From Eledone cirrhosa (lineage: Eukaryota), in assembly GCA_964016885.1 (NCBI GenBank), contig OZ024752.1:28830001-28894000 (forward strand): a stretch of 64,000 nt of DNA. The letters are read 5' to 3'. The translations under genes and the position numbers were made by a program. The notes beneath the pieces are model-generated. The model worked only from the letters and a program-made list of their open reading frames with translations. It made no database searches and had not been told where the DNA came from. Positions 28,046-41,776 of the stretch are shown here, piece after piece; the first letter of the stretch is position 1, and every line of letters begins with the position of its first letter.

Positions 28046-29341
28046 TTTACGAGAAATCATTATCATTAGACATTGTGTATGCTGATACCAAACTGCCTGA
28101 AATCGACCCATATTCTATGATACAAAACTTTCTTCTTCTTCTTTTCTTTTTCTTCGTTTTCTTTTTCTTTCTTTTTTCTTTTTCTTTTTATTTTTCTTTT
28201 TATTTTTATTTTTCTTTTTCTTTTTCTTTTTCTTTTTCTTTTTCTTTTTCTTTTTCTTTTTCTTTTTCTTTTTCTTTTTCTTTTTCTTTTTCTTTTTCTT
28301 TTTCTTTTTCTTTTTCTTTTTCTTTTTCTCTTCTTCTTCTTGGGTTATCCCACTTTTGGAGGTGAAGAATTCATTTTGCTTTTTCTAATGTCTAGAATAT
28401 ATGCGGCTCGCCACACCTACATACTCATAGATTTCTGCACTGACTAGAGCAGTTGTGCCAACCCGTTGTCTAAAAACCTCCAATAATAATTATATGTAAA
28501 AACCTTTCTAAAGTTATGGTCCAAACTCGAGCCTAATAACGAGAAAATTATATTGCTCAATCCTTCTAAGTTCTTTATTATTTTCAAAATTATTTGAAAA
28601 TTATAGGCAGTGTCTTTCATTAGAAATATTGTAACGAAAGGGTTAAGCGAGCTTGTTCTTATGACCCAATAAGGAAAGGTATTCAATCAAATACTTCTCC
28701 TTGTAGATCAGGCACAGATTCATTTGTTCTTTCCAACATTGTTTGTTTTGTTTTGTTTTTTGTTGTTGTTTTCACTCTGTACCTTGTGAAAAAGAATTAC
28801 TGTGCGTCTCTCAGACCTTTCACCTCGGTGAAGAAGTTACGAGTGTTCGATACATATATCATGGCACCTTTAGTCCTAGAAATGACAGGATGTATACTGA
28901 ACAACGTTCAGTATATTTGTATAAAGTGGAAAAGGTTTTTGTCTTAAAATAAATCACCCTTCTCCTCAAATTGTCACCTATACTATATATCTACTTATTT
29001 CCGTTACTCATTCTCTATCTCAGTTCCGTCCCCTCCTACCCTCTCTCTCTCTTTCTCTTTCACACACTCTCTCTCTCTATCTCTCTCTTTCTCTCTCTTT
29101 CTCTCTCTTTCTCTCTCTTTCTCTCTCTTTCTCTCTCTTTTTTTCTCTCTCTCTCGCTCACTCGCTCGAGCTCTCTTTCTCTTTGTTGTTATTAAAAATT
29201 CTACTTCACTCTCTTCGTTTTTTTACTAATCACTCTCTTCTACTCTCATTGTAATTACTCACTCTCTTTTTTAATCACTTTTCTTCGCCTTTCTCTCATT
29301 CTATTTCTCCTTCTCTCCCCCTTTATCTCTTCTCTTTCCCT

Positions 29342-29383
<42 letters not shown>

Positions 29384-29770
29384 TTCTTTCTCTCTCTCAC
29401 ACACACATATACGTACATTTACGTACAGACAAACTCAAGCAGGAACACACTAACACAATTGTATAAATACAAAGGAGAGGGTGACTTCTGTGAAGATAAA
29501 AATAGTGATCGATATACCCAGAGAGAAAGGGATAAAGAAAGTTGAGAAAGAAAATGAAAAGGAAAGAGAGAAAGAAAAAGTAGAAAAAAATAAGAAGAAA
29601 CACAAAAAGCAGGAAAGAGAGGAGTGGAGATATTGGGAAGAGGGATATAAATGAAGATTTTATGTTTGCAATAAAAAAAATACTTGATAATGAAGAAAAA
29701 ATATATATATATTATATTATATCATATTATATATTTATGTTGATACATAAAAAATAGAAACAATTATATA

Positions 29771-30060
29771 TTTATGTTCAGACACAGAACAAACGCGCTA
29801 ATCAAGGTTACAAGGCACAAAATTTGATAATACCGCCAGAATACAAGAGGCTTCAAATTTGTGACCTTTTGTCGGGCATATTTAAAGTTAAACTCGTATA
29901 AGCGCCTAAAAAAAAATCAAAAATCTTATGCCTCTTGTATTCTGGAAGTATGGTCAAATTAGGGGCCTTGATATCTTGGGTAGGGCTTTTGTTTCGTGTA
30001 TGAACATAAATAAATAACACTTCTACTCTCATCTCGATTGAGTACTGTTTTCCTTTTTCC
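29771..30060. mobile_element. Old, diverged fold-back element (arms 29771-29851 / 29930-30010) plus tail
   Basis: TTTATGTTCA...CCAGAATACAAGAGGC pairs with GCCTCTTGTATTCTGG...TGAACATAAA; tail has CTACTC...TTGAGTAC. Confidence 0.6.
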
Positions 30061-30084
30061 TTTACACGCAGACGGATATTACTT

Positions 30085-30181
<97 letters not shown>

Positions 30182-30222
30182 GAAATCAAAGAACGCCTAC
30201 ATACTCATAACATTTTTATTTG

Positions 30223-30265
30223 CTGACAATGTTTCATCCATACCATGGGGCAGGAATCATCAGAG
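30223..30265 (-). ncRNA. Minimal type I HHR
   Basis: CT-CTGATGA-ttcctgccccatggtatggat-GAAA-cattg-TC-AG; stem I is only about 2 bp. Confidence 0.5.
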
Positions 30266-30504
30266 GTTTATAAACAAAAATACAGTGCTGAGTATAAGCT
30301 CTACCAAGCTTAGTCACATGAACATTCGATATACAATACAAGATAATAAGAGGGAGATCGAAAATTGAAAGAAAGGAGAGAATCCGTAATGGGTTGTTAT
30401 TCAACATTACAACTACATATAAGGATATAGGCAGATTTTCTCACTAGAGGCGGAAGCACGTGAGGGCACACAGAAACAAATAAAGCATTTAACGATATAT
30501 ATAT

Positions 30505-31226
30505 ATTTTTTTTCGTATCTCCAAAGAAATACGGTTTTAGGAAGCCGTAGCTACGCAAACACCGGGGGCGGGCTAACGTCCTCTGGTGATGTCCAGCAGA
30601 AGCAAGTGGGACAACCATCTATGCATTTCAGGCTTAACTGGCCATCGTCAGGGCGGTCCCTCCCACCGCTTGCCACTGCTGGACTAGATGATAGCTGAGA
30701 ATATATACTTTTCTCGTCTGTGTAAATGAGGTGATTAATCTCATTTGCATATGAAGCTGCATAAGTTGGCTCAACATATAATAAGTGTTTATAATAGGTG
30801 TTTGCATACCTACGGCTTCCTAAAACCGTATTTCTTTGGAGATACGAGATATTTATACAAATTGTATAAAGCTATGCTTGAAGCGAAATCCTATTTCTTT
30901 TTTATTATAAGTTGAGCCAACTTATGCAGCTTCATATGCAAATGAGATTAATCACCCCATTTACACAGACCAGAAAACTATATATTCTTGCCTGTCTTCT
31001 AATCCAGCAGTGGCAAGCGGTGGGAGGGACCGTCCTGACAATGGCCAGTTAAGCCTGAAATACATAGACGGTTCCCCCCCCCCCCTTGCTTCTGCTGGAC
31101 ATCACCAGGGGGCGTTAGCCCCCTGATGTTTGCATAGCTACGGCTTCCTAAAACCGTATTTCTTGGAGATACGAAATATTTATACAAATTGTATAAAGCT
31201 ATGCTTGAAGCGAAATCCTATTTCTT
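30505..31226. mobile_element. Fold-back element with inverted (~30505-30785 / 30903-31178) and direct (~30800-30898 / 31128-31225) repeats
   Basis: Arms are clearly similar but diverged reverse complements; HHR in each arm; octamer ATGCAAAT in each arm. Confidence 0.8.
30614..30657 (-). ncRNA. Minimal type I HHR (mirror copy 31029-31072 +, with CTGACAA core)
   Basis: ACCGCC-CTGACGA-tGGC(cagttaa)GCCt-GAAA-TGCA-TA-GATGGT; the mirror copy has a perfect ACCGTC/GACGGT stem I. Confidence 0.8.
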
Positions 31227-31345
31227 ATATATATATAAGTATTGAAGTTTCCGTTGAAAATTGAAAAAGTCAGCGGAATGAAGAGTGCTCTATGTAAGTT
31301 ACAGAGCTAAATATTTAATGTATAATAAACAATACAGTATAATTA

Positions 31346-31413
31346 CCTTATTACCAGAGGTTTCCCGAATAAGACGAATACAAGACACGTCCGCGTTCGT
31401 TCATCAGACAAGG
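31346..31413 (-). ncRNA. Type I HHR
   Basis: CCTTGT-CTGATGA-aCGAAcgcGGACG...CGTCTtaTTCGg-GAAA-CC(tct)GG-TA-ATAAGG. Confidence 0.78.
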
Positions 31414-31414
31414 C

Positions 31415-31490
<76 letters not shown>

Positions 31491-31617
31491 TACCTTTGTT
31501 GTTCTAAATATAGTTTCTAAAGAATTCCCTTTTCTTTAAATCCATCAACCAATGAACTTCACCTATCCCAATCACCGCCAGAAAATATATAAATACTACT
31601 ATATTATTTGGACAGAC

Positions 31618-31668
31618 GGCTTCCTGGTGATTTCTCCCGAATGAAACAGTTCTAGTCCTGTAGAAGCC
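31618..31668 (+). ncRNA. Type I HHR, family A, core variant CTGGTGA (probably impaired)
   Basis: GGCTTC-CTGGTGA-tTTC(TCCC)GAAt-GAAA-CAG...CTG-TA-GAAGCC; 6-bp stem I. Confidence 0.7.
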
Positions 31669-32124
31669 ATTTCTATATATTGTGAAGGCGCGTGGCTGAG
31701 TGGTAAGGGAATTAGATTCGCAATCGTGAGGTTGTGAGTTCGATTCCCGCACCGGCTGATGCGTTATGTCCTTGAGCAAAACACTTTATTTCACGTTGCT
31801 CCTTCTACCTGGAGTTGCGACCGATAGATAGTATTAGCAATTAGAAAGACCCATGGAAACATTGTTTCCTCGGTCCGATTTGACGAAAGTCGATCGACTG
31901 ACGATATATATATATAGATAGATAGATAGAGAGAGAATAAGGAAAATGCGAAGTTCGGTGTAGATATTAAAAAGTTTATTAACATATATATAACAGCGTA
32001 GTTCATCATAAAGGTGTATATCAAAACATGTAATATGTTTCAGTATAATAAATATACGCCAGTCTCGCTATGAATTTTAAAAAAACTATGATCAGGTATT
32101 CAGACGCTTATATATATATGTATG

Positions 32125-32175
<51 letters not shown>

Positions 32176-32179
<4 letters not shown>

Positions 32180-32407
32180 AAGGAATTCCAACTTTGTCTG
32201 ATTTACTCGTTTTATTTACAATCCTTTAAAATTTATAATGGTATTAGAATGAAATAGTATGGTAGAATATTAAATGCTAAGTGTTAATTGAACAATTAAC
32301 ACTTAACATTTAATATTCTACCATACTATTTCATTCTAATACCATTATAAATTTTAAAGGATTGTAAATAAAACGAGTAAATCAGACAAAGTTGAAATTC
32401 CTTTTAT
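32176..32407. repeat. 232-bp near-perfect palindrome next to (TA)n
   Basis: Centre TTAATTG(aa)CAATTAA at 32290-32293; about two mismatches. Confidence 0.9.
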
Positions 32408-32452
32408 TAATATAATCTTCTATACACAATCATACACACCCGTGTATATTTA

Positions 32453-32526
<74 letters not shown>

Positions 32527-32529
<3 letters not shown>

Positions 32530-33490
32530 TTTCTGAATTTGTTTAGCAAGATTCTTTATCTGAAATCGTGTGTTGAAACCGATATTGTTATACTTTGGGA
32601 GGGTCATGTTGCCAATAAGAAACACACGCACCAGTTGCTTTCACTTCAATTTATTATATATTTATAAATTTATAAATTTACAAATCTACAAACTTATAAA
32701 TTTCTGGTTGGTTGGTTCCACAACCAGATAGTTGTTTATATATAGTCATAGTCCTTTCGTCACACACTCTGTGACCTCTTCAGTGACTGGGGATTCCTTT
32801 CTTTGTTTCTGTGCCTTTCCTTTCTTCTGTCCTACGCCATTTTGTTTCTGTGTGTGTGTTGTGTGCTCAGTTTGCGCATGCGCCACATCCGGGTGTCTGT
32901 GTGTGTTTGTGTTCATTTATCTATTTGTTTATTTATTTACATGTTGTTGGTTGGTTGTTTGTTCTATGTGTGTGTGTGTTTTCATTTTGTCCTTAATTGT
33001 AAGTTGTGATGTTGCTGTTCCACTCATATTTTCTATTTAATTTTGGTTGTAATTCTTTTATGCTTACTGCCTCTGTAATTTGCCTAAACATTGCATCTTT
33101 TCTGTGTGCGGATTCTATTTTTATTTCTATGTTCTCTAATTTACCCTTGTGTTCTATCTTAGCATGTTGGTAGAGTACAGATGATTCTTTATTATCTTGA
33201 AGGTCTCGCCAGTGTTCATTTATCCGTTCCCCTATACTACGAGCTGTCTCACCTATGTACACTATATTTTTGTTTCTACATTGTCCTTCAGTACATCTTA
33301 TGCTATACACTACATATCTAGTTTTACAGTTAATATGGGGGCTTATTTTACAGGTTATACATTTCTTATCTATACATGAGGGTCTTTGGAACGGGTATAT
33401 CTTGCTAATAAGTGTTTTTATGGAGGTACCTGGTCTTTCTACTATCTTAATATTGAGTTTATGTTTATTTAGGGCCCTTCTAAATGTGTA
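32527..33490 (-). mobile_element. 5'-truncated Penelope-like element (GIY-YIG C-terminus + 3' region)
   Basis: ORF portion 32993-33490: CIDKKCITC...YVVYSIRC...VYIGETARSIGERINEH...EAVSIKELQPKLN; (TA)n on both sides. Confidence 0.85.
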
Positions 33491-33496
33491 TATAAT

Positions 33497-33541
<45 letters not shown>

Positions 33542-33543
<2 letters not shown>

Positions 33544-33771
33544 TATTCCGGGTTGAATCGGAGGTAACCACAGTAAGTAAAGTACTCAATACATAGCAGA
33601 GTATAAATGTTTTAATATAGAAGAGCTTCTACAGGACTAGAACTGTTTCATTCGTGTGAAATCATCAGATATGTTTATCCCGGGTTCAGTCAAGGGTTAA
33701 CCACAATAAGTAAGGTACTCAATACATAGCAGAGTATAAATATGATGAAACAGTTCTAGTCCTGTAGAAGC
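33542..33771. mobile_element. Family A element: tandem and inverted partial copies with HHR core (33627-33668, minus)
   Basis: Near-identical to 2905-3035; a partial second unit follows, then an inverted GAAACAGTTCTAGTCCTGTAGAAGC. Confidence 0.75.
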
Positions 33772-34189
33772 TTCAAGAACATTCTTTATCCGTTCCCTTG
33801 TCGTTTCAATTGGGATTGCCTCGGGAACGTAACCTTATCATGTAAGAAGCTGTCTGATGAGGTCGTGGCACTGGGTACACGGAATCGTGTGGCCACTGCC
33901 ACACTATTTCGATTGAAATATAATTAAAAAAAACTTTAAAACATTTGATAGAGTCTTGTTTGAAATGTTTATAGCAATTTTTTTTTATCGAAATACTGAG
34001 TTTTTTTCTACTTGTTACATTCATTACGAAATGCTATTAATGGCGTCCATCAGTCTGTCTGTGATTTGTATAACTGTAGAACCCACACACAGTCACACAC
34101 ATACACATACATATATTCTTACATACATACACACAAATGCACACATATACATACATACATACACTCAAACGCATACTTATACATACATA

Positions 34190-34662
34190 CATGATGGCTA
34201 CCCCCTCGTCATCGAGAATGGCCATTGCACGATATAACATTATTAATAATTATTAATTAATTCTATCGTGCAATGCCAGTGCGTGAAGATATTTTTTTAA
34301 GTGACGAAAGACTATGCACTGAGCCAATCCCACTCTCTGAACGACAGTAGCTATAACCCGAAAAGAAGAAAAGATCAACATCATCGGTAACTACTGAGCC
34401 ACAGGTTTTATATCGGGGTTATCCCAGTTTCTTGAGTTGCCTTCTCCTAGAAGAATGCCCTGTCAAAGGCTATGGGTCCTTCACTCCCAGTGGTTTAACC
34501 GCGCGATCGGGTGTCCAACCCGACTATTTCTATGTCCCCGCGTATATACATACACATGCACCCATGTATATACACATATACATATACATACATATGTACA
34601 TGTGCATATACATATTTACACACTTTCGGATGGCCGTTGACTCTTATGAGTTCTTCCGCCCT
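34190..34662 (-). mobile_element. Non-coding dispersed repeat resembling an RTE 5' region (related pieces 49090-49640, mostly opposite orientation, and ~39940-40350)
   Basis: Shared CCTAGCCTTT...CTAGGAGAAGG(C/A)AACTC block, GCATTGCACGATA...TATCGTGCAATG hairpin, associated with (CATA)n. RTE assignment is from recollection of the motif only. Confidence 0.5.
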
Positions 34663-34757
34663 TTGTATGTATGTATGTATATACATGCATACATTCATAC
34701 ATACATACATACATACATACATACATACATACATACATACATACATACATACATACA

Positions 34758-34786
<29 letters not shown>

Positions 34787-34789
<3 letters not shown>

Positions 34790-37700
34790 ATAAATATAAT
34801 GGCGACCGTTGTGGTCAGTGTCTGATAATCGGACGTGTGTAATTACGGCTTACATGAAGGCAACATACCATATATTGGAAAAAGTTGAGCTACATTACGC
34901 GGTAAGATTACATACAATAATTCTACATAAGTGTTTGAACTGTAAGTGTGTTGCAAAACACCTATTTATATGAACGATACATACACTTATGATATATAAA
35001 CGATACATACACTTTAACATATAAATGCAACGTTGTTATATTACATTTATAAAGAAACTAGCAGAATGGCCCGGCGTTGCTCGGGATTTGCTATAGGGTT
35101 CTTATATATTTGATATATATTTATCCTTATCGAACCTCGTGAAATAAATACGTTTGTTTATATTTTGTTATTGTGTATGCAAAAATATCTGTCCATAAAT
35201 ATATAATTATATATATATATATTAAAATAACAGACTAAAGTTTAAGCAAAGAATCACTGCTTTCACCCTTAACGGGATATTCTACCTAAAAGCAGTATGA
35301 TGTACATACACTAAGACTAATTGATGTAATCTTTGGCCTTGTTTGTTTATATTTTGTTTTTGTGTATGCAAAAATATCTGTACACGAATATCTATATTAA
35401 AATAACATATTAATGTTTAAGCAAAGAATCGCTGCTTTCAACCTTAACGGGATCTTCTTAAACTAAAAAAATCAATCTGGAAAACAGGAAGACGATACTT
35501 TGGTTCGTGAAGACGTTCCCTGGTATAAGAATATATATACACACACACACTGATCGCGTCATAATGACGTAATGCAGACAGTCAGGCATACAGACAGATA
35601 TTATGAAGGCGCGACGTCATATCTATGTATCTATCTAAAAAGAGAAAGACTAAGAGAAAGAGAAAGAGATCGCTAAATCGCCTAATGCGGTCCCTAGGGC
35701 ATTGAAAATTTGAAATTTTTTGCTCAAAACACTTCCGCGGTCATACGAGTTACATGTATAAAGTTTGAAAAAAACCGGTTGGGTACTTCTCGAGTTTTAG
35801 GGAAACAGACACACAGACATCCTCTGTTTTATATATATAGATATACAAGTAACGTTTTCGATTCAGAAACAAAAACATAAGTGTTTGAACTGTGAATATG
35901 TTGTGAATAAGTTGTAGAACACCTATTTATATGAATGATACATAAACTTTAACATATAAATACAGCGTTGTTATATTACATTCATAAAGAAATATACTAA
36001 GTAACGGTTCTTTTTGTTCTCGATTCAAACGATTCAAGAACAACGTTTAAAACACATTTGTAGAATTAAAAACTAACTGAAAGGAAATATTACCCAAGCT
36101 GTGAATAACTTTAAATTTGATTCTGACAGAACTTTGTCGAAACTTTTGAAGAAGATCATCGACTATTTTGAAAAATAAATACGAAATATTAGTGAATAGA
36201 CGAACTCATCTTGGCAAAAAGTACAAGTCTCCTTCGACCAAATCGCAACTACAACCGTTGTATACAGTGGAGCTACGAGCTTAACAAAGAATTATATGAA
36301 GCATACAAACAATCTGAACCCCCAAAGTTCGGTTTTATGCAAAGGCTAAAAACTTTATGGAACTCCAAACACCTAGAATTAGACTTTTCTCCAAAGCATT
36401 TAAATGAACAGGCAAAACGTATCATTAGATGTAAATTGATACATCTAACGGAATTGAGTGATACTACAAATACAGCCCTTGTAGACAACCACCCCACCGC
36501 CACTGACAGACAAAGTGAACAACTCACCAACAATTTTGCTGAAATCCATCCCACTTCCACTGAAGAACAGCGAGAAAGGTCAGCTAACTCTAGTAGTAAT
36601 TGTCACCACATCAACAACGAGGCTGAAATTCATGACTCTACTGAATAAACAGAACACCAAAAACTTGTGGACACCTTACAAGTGATATGGAACGATATGT
36701 TTCAAGCGATACACAGCCTTAATGTGAGTGACAGACCATACAACACCAGAATCAGTAAAGAACCCACTAAATTGGAATTGGAAGCGGTGAACGAAATAGC
36801 TGGCAATTATCTGAAGGCTATACGATCTAAAGGTGTAGAAACGACATTTGAAACGTTTAATATTTTGTTATATGTTTCAGCTGTCACATTGCTATCATAT
36901 AACAGACATCTAAAACCACGCAGCAAGATACAAACAGAAAGCCTGAACCAGCGTGGATGCGAAATTTAAAAAGCAAAATTTTGTCCCTGAGACGAAGTAT
37001 CTCACACATCGCAGTCGTTATGAAATGCAACATAGGGAGCAACTTCACACGACACCAGGAAGACCTAAAAAAAAGTTAGAGAGACGATTTGGAGATACAA
37101 AATTTAAAACTTTGAACTCCAAATTACACCAGTTGAAACAACTCACAGCTACAACAGAAAGACTAAAATATAAGTCAACAGCACATAAACGACAAGTGCT
37201 AAATAGATTGTTTGCCAGAGATCCTAAATCAGTTTATCGCAGCTTCGGTGGCAAAAGCTCAATCCCTGTAAATGACACTCCTTCAAAAGAACAGGTTGAG
37301 AGCTACTGGAGATCTGTATGGGAAACGGATGACGGATTCAACAGACAAACTAATTGGCTAAAAGAACTGGAACAGGACTACTGCCAACATGTCCAGACAA
37401 AACAATATGACATAGATGGGTCAATACTGGAAACAGCTCTACAGAAAATGTCGAATAGGAAATTGCCAGGCCCAGACCTCATTACAGGATACTGGTTGAA
37501 GAATTTCACTTTCTATCGGCAGGATCTCGTACGGCTGTTTACAGAAACCATTAAAGGCACACAAGAACTGCCCAGATGGTTATCAACTGCCACTACTCTC
37601 CTCATTCCCAAAAATAGCCAAACCAACCAACAACATCATAACACCTGAGCAAGCTGGTGGAAAGAGGGAGGTGTGGGGTTGCATAGATCACCTACTAACT

Positions 37701-39661
37701 AATAAAATGATTCAGGAAAAAACAACAAAGAATCGCAGAAACATGACTGTCGTGTGGCTGGACTATCAAAAAGCATTTGATAGTGTACCTCATGTGTGGA
37801 TTATTAAGGCTTTACAGTTAGCCAAAGTCCCACAACCATTGGTAGCTGCTGTTGAGCGCCTGACCAAGAACTGGTACACCAATTTGATCCTTAGAAGTGA
37901 GAAGGAGCAAGTTAAGACTGATAAGATACATTACCAGAAGGGCATCTTTCAGGGTGATAGCTTGTCAGTGCTACTCTTCGTTCTCTCACTGAATCCACTA
38001 TCTTACCTACTCAGGAAACAAGGTGGACAAAGAAGTATCTCCCATCTTTTCTTTGTTGATAACTTGAAGTTGTATGGGCCAAATATCAATGACATCAAGA
38101 AACAATTGGACCTCATTACACAATTTTCAACCGACATCAAAATGAAATTTGGTGAGTCCAAGTGTGCATATTTGGCAGTAAAACGTGAAAGAGCTGTGCC
38201 CTCCTCTAAAAATCTAGAGATGAACGGCCTGACAATACAACCTCTACAGTCAGGTGACAACTACATATATCTTGGACAGGATGAGAATGTCAGATATGAT
38301 GGACCCATAAATAAGGAGAGATCCAGAACTGAATACCTCAGAAGAGTAAAGAAAATATGGTCATCAGAACTGTCAGCGTACAATAAATACATTGCCCACA
38401 ATACTTATGCTGTGCCAATTCTAACGCCAACATTTGGCCTGCTGAACTGGTCATTGAAAGAACTAAGTGAGATGGATGTTAGAACTCGCAAACTTCTCAG
38501 TGTTACTGGCAACTTTAACATCAATGGTGATGTGGATAGGCTATACTTCTCACGCAAGGAAGGTGGCCGGGATCTAAAATCAATATTAACAACATATGAG
38601 ACCCGGATAGAACACTGAATCAACATCTTCAACAGAGAAAAAAGGTTGGCAACCATCTTGCCCAGGTTTATGAGCGTGAAAAAAAAAATATCATTAGAAT
38701 AGCGACTGATCTGGAGGAGAGATATGGAATAAAGCCTGATATAAATCTCTCACCCAGAGAAATCGGAAGATCCTATTCAATGGTCAAACAAGATAAAAAA
38801 ATTGACAAATTTACAGAAAAAGTTGTGCATGGATACTTGAGACGCAAAACACAAACCATAGAAGGGATAAACCACTCAAAAAGCCTGGCATGGAGTTCCG
38901 ACAAGTTTATGACATCACACCTTGAGGGATATCTCTATGCAATACAGGAACAAGAACTCCCTACCAAATATCTGCTGCACAAAAGAGGAGGGCCAGCAGC
39001 TGACAATAAATGTAGGCTATGTAAAACAAATATCGAGGATGTAAGCCACATTGTTTCCAGCTGCGAAAGAATGTCATCTCGCTACTACCTCCCCATGAGA
39101 CACGATGGGATAGCTAGAACCATCTGGAACACACTTCGGAAAACAAAATTAACAACAAACGAGGAAGAATATATTGAGACAGATGGCACTAAGGAATACT
39201 GGTGGAACCTGAAAATAAAAACTGCCACCAAATTAAAGCACAACCGGCCTGATATTGTAGTTTGGGACCACACATTGAAAACGTGTTCTGTTGTGGAGAT
39301 CAGCTGCCCACTTGATGTAAACGTTGTCAGAAAAATACAGAAGGAGGACATCTACAGACCATTGATGAGGAGTTTACAAATCCAGTATCCAAGATACACC
39401 TTTAGCTTCATACCCATCATTATTGGAGCTACGGGTTATATACCAACCCGCTTGGGACAAAGTATGACTGAACTTGGATTTGCGGACAAAAAGCGCAGCT
39501 CACTAATTGATAGTCTACAAATGGCTGCGATAGCTGGCACCTTCAAAATTTGCAAAACATTCTTGCGATTCAAGGGATGACAATTTCTTTTCTTTTACAA
39601 CCTTGCCACCAGGAAGGTGGCCGGTCAAAAAAATATACTCGAAATTAAGAGAAAGAGATAT
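34787..39661 (+). mobile_element. Degenerate R4/Dong-like non-LTR retrotransposon (RT + restriction-like endonuclease)
   Basis: Frameshifted ORFs 36211-39580: PGPD, WLDYQKAFDSVPH, GIFQGDSLS, HLFFVDNLKLY (catalytic DD decayed), CRLC...HIVSSC, RHD, RPDIV...EISCP; (CATA)n at both ends. Confidence 0.85.
35058..35841 (-). mobile_element. Non-autonomous Helitron nested in the R4-like 5' region
   Basis: Minus strand begins TC(TATATATATAAAA) and ends CCCGAGCAACGCCGGG...CTAG; inserted at A|T with no TSD; empty-site paralogue at ~35978-36006. Confidence 0.85.
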
Positions 39662-40951
39662 CATACATACATACATACATACATACATACATACATACAT
39701 ACATACATACATACATACATACATACATACATACATACATACATGGTGGCTGCCAACTTGTTTTCGAGTACGGCCACTACTTTATATCCATGTAGGAGAA
39801 CCCCTACCGATGCGCTGAACGAGTGTGACTTTTTAGTCCAAACAGCGACTTGAAAACTCTGGTACAAACATTACACTTGTGACAATTATTGACACATAGT
39901 GCTGGGCCCATGTACCATGTGACGACAAGTGCAGAGAGATCTCCAGATATAAAGCAATGCCTGTGCCGTGAAGCTTTTATAGTGAGCAAAGGCATTGCAC
40001 AAAGCCAGTCCCACTCTCTTAACCAAGATGATATTTACCAAAAGGAAGAACAAGTCAACATCATTGGATACCATCAGGGTTGCAGGTGTTATATCAGAGT
40101 TTTCCTTCTCCTAGAATTCTGCCTTGACAAAGGCTAAGGGGTCATCTCTCCCGGTGCTTTTGGATGGCCATTGACTCTTAAGAGCTCCTTTGCCCTTTGA
40201 CACGTTTTGTTTTTAGTCCTGCAGGATGTCCAAAGTCACCCTCCTCACCAAGAAACCTTGGTGGGGTTGCCAGTTTAGTCGCCAACGACCCGACCATGAG
40301 ACAGGTTGTACTGGGATACATGTTACCAGTAGCACCAACTGGTGACCTGACATATATACATACATGCATACATACATGCATACATACATACATACATACA
40401 TACATACATACATACATACATACATACATACATACATACATACATACATACATACATACATACATAACGGACCTCTGTCGATTACGACGGCGAGTGTTCC
40501 AACACTTTGCCTGCTCGCTTATTTGTGGTAACATTTATTATTTTTTCGTAAGCTGATAAGATAATTTACGTCAGCACCGCTGCTTGGGATATTCATCTTC
40601 CTACTCTCTCTATATATGTGTGTGTGTGCGTGTGTGGGTGTGTGGGTGTGTGTGTGGAGGCACAGGTAAAGGTGTTGGACTTACGACCATAATGTCGTGG
40701 GTTCGATTCCTGTGTTGCGTGTTGTGTTCTTGAGCAAAACACTTCATTTCACGTTGCTCCAGTATACTCAGCTGAAAATGAGTACCTGCAATAGCTGGAG
40801 GGTTAACTCTACGATGGACTAGCGTCCCGTCTATGGGGGGGGGGGGGGGGTCTTGTACTCTCAGTCGCTTCACGCCATGAAATCGGGATAAGCACCGGAG
40901 AAATGAGCCTTCTGGCTTAAGACAGACTTTAGACTTTTTATATATATATAT

Positions 40952-41375
40952 ATTGGTAAAAGGAAAAGAAAATGCTGACAAATTGTTCCCAGTGAAAAAT
41001 AGTTTAATTAGGAATAAGTAAAAATTAGTAATAAGTATTGGTTAGTATTCAGTTTTAGTTTTAATTTTTTACCGGTTGCGCATTTCTAATGCTTTTCAAA
41101 AATAATTTTGAGATAGAGCGCCCGTGATGTTTGCTCTAATCTGATTAGTTTTGGAAATTCTACCTGTTTTATGTGAAAAAAGTGGCTCCAGAAGTATTAA
41201 AATAAGTTTCGCGCCAATTCGTGTTGCAAAAATTCTTGTGGTCAAAACAATTTTGATTGGTCGGTAGAGGTCACATGAATGTTAAAAATTGATTTTGCGC
41301 CAAATGTAGGTTTGTCGAAGAGTGTCCTTTTTCGCCTGATTGAGAAGTCACTGAAAAATAAGTATTTTAAGACAA

Positions 41376-41417
<42 letters not shown>

Positions 41418-41683
41418 TAAAGAGGTTCATTGTTGTGATAATGGTCACTAGGGATGTCTGTGTGAATTGCAGTCATGTTGAAAGGTCAACAGTTCAGGTG
41501 CCTATTAAGACAAATATGTGTGTGTGTGTGTGTGTTTGTGTATGTGTGTGTAGCAGAGTAATTCGTGGTAGAGGGATCGGTCAGTAGGAATGTGTCTGTA
41601 CGTGTGTGGGGGATATTTTAACATGTTGAAAGATATATTTCAGCTCTTGTCTTATACGGAGAAGTGTGTGTGTGTGTATGTGT

Positions 41684-41776
<93 letters not shown>

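Noticed and set aside
31682-31760. tRNA gene
   Set aside because: A/B boxes are present but continue into a SINE body repeated elsewhere; it is a SINE head.
33854-33925. HHR-like CTGATGA-ggtcg...cgatt-GAAATATA
   Set aside because: Stem II is plausible but there is no convincing stem I; at most a decayed copy.
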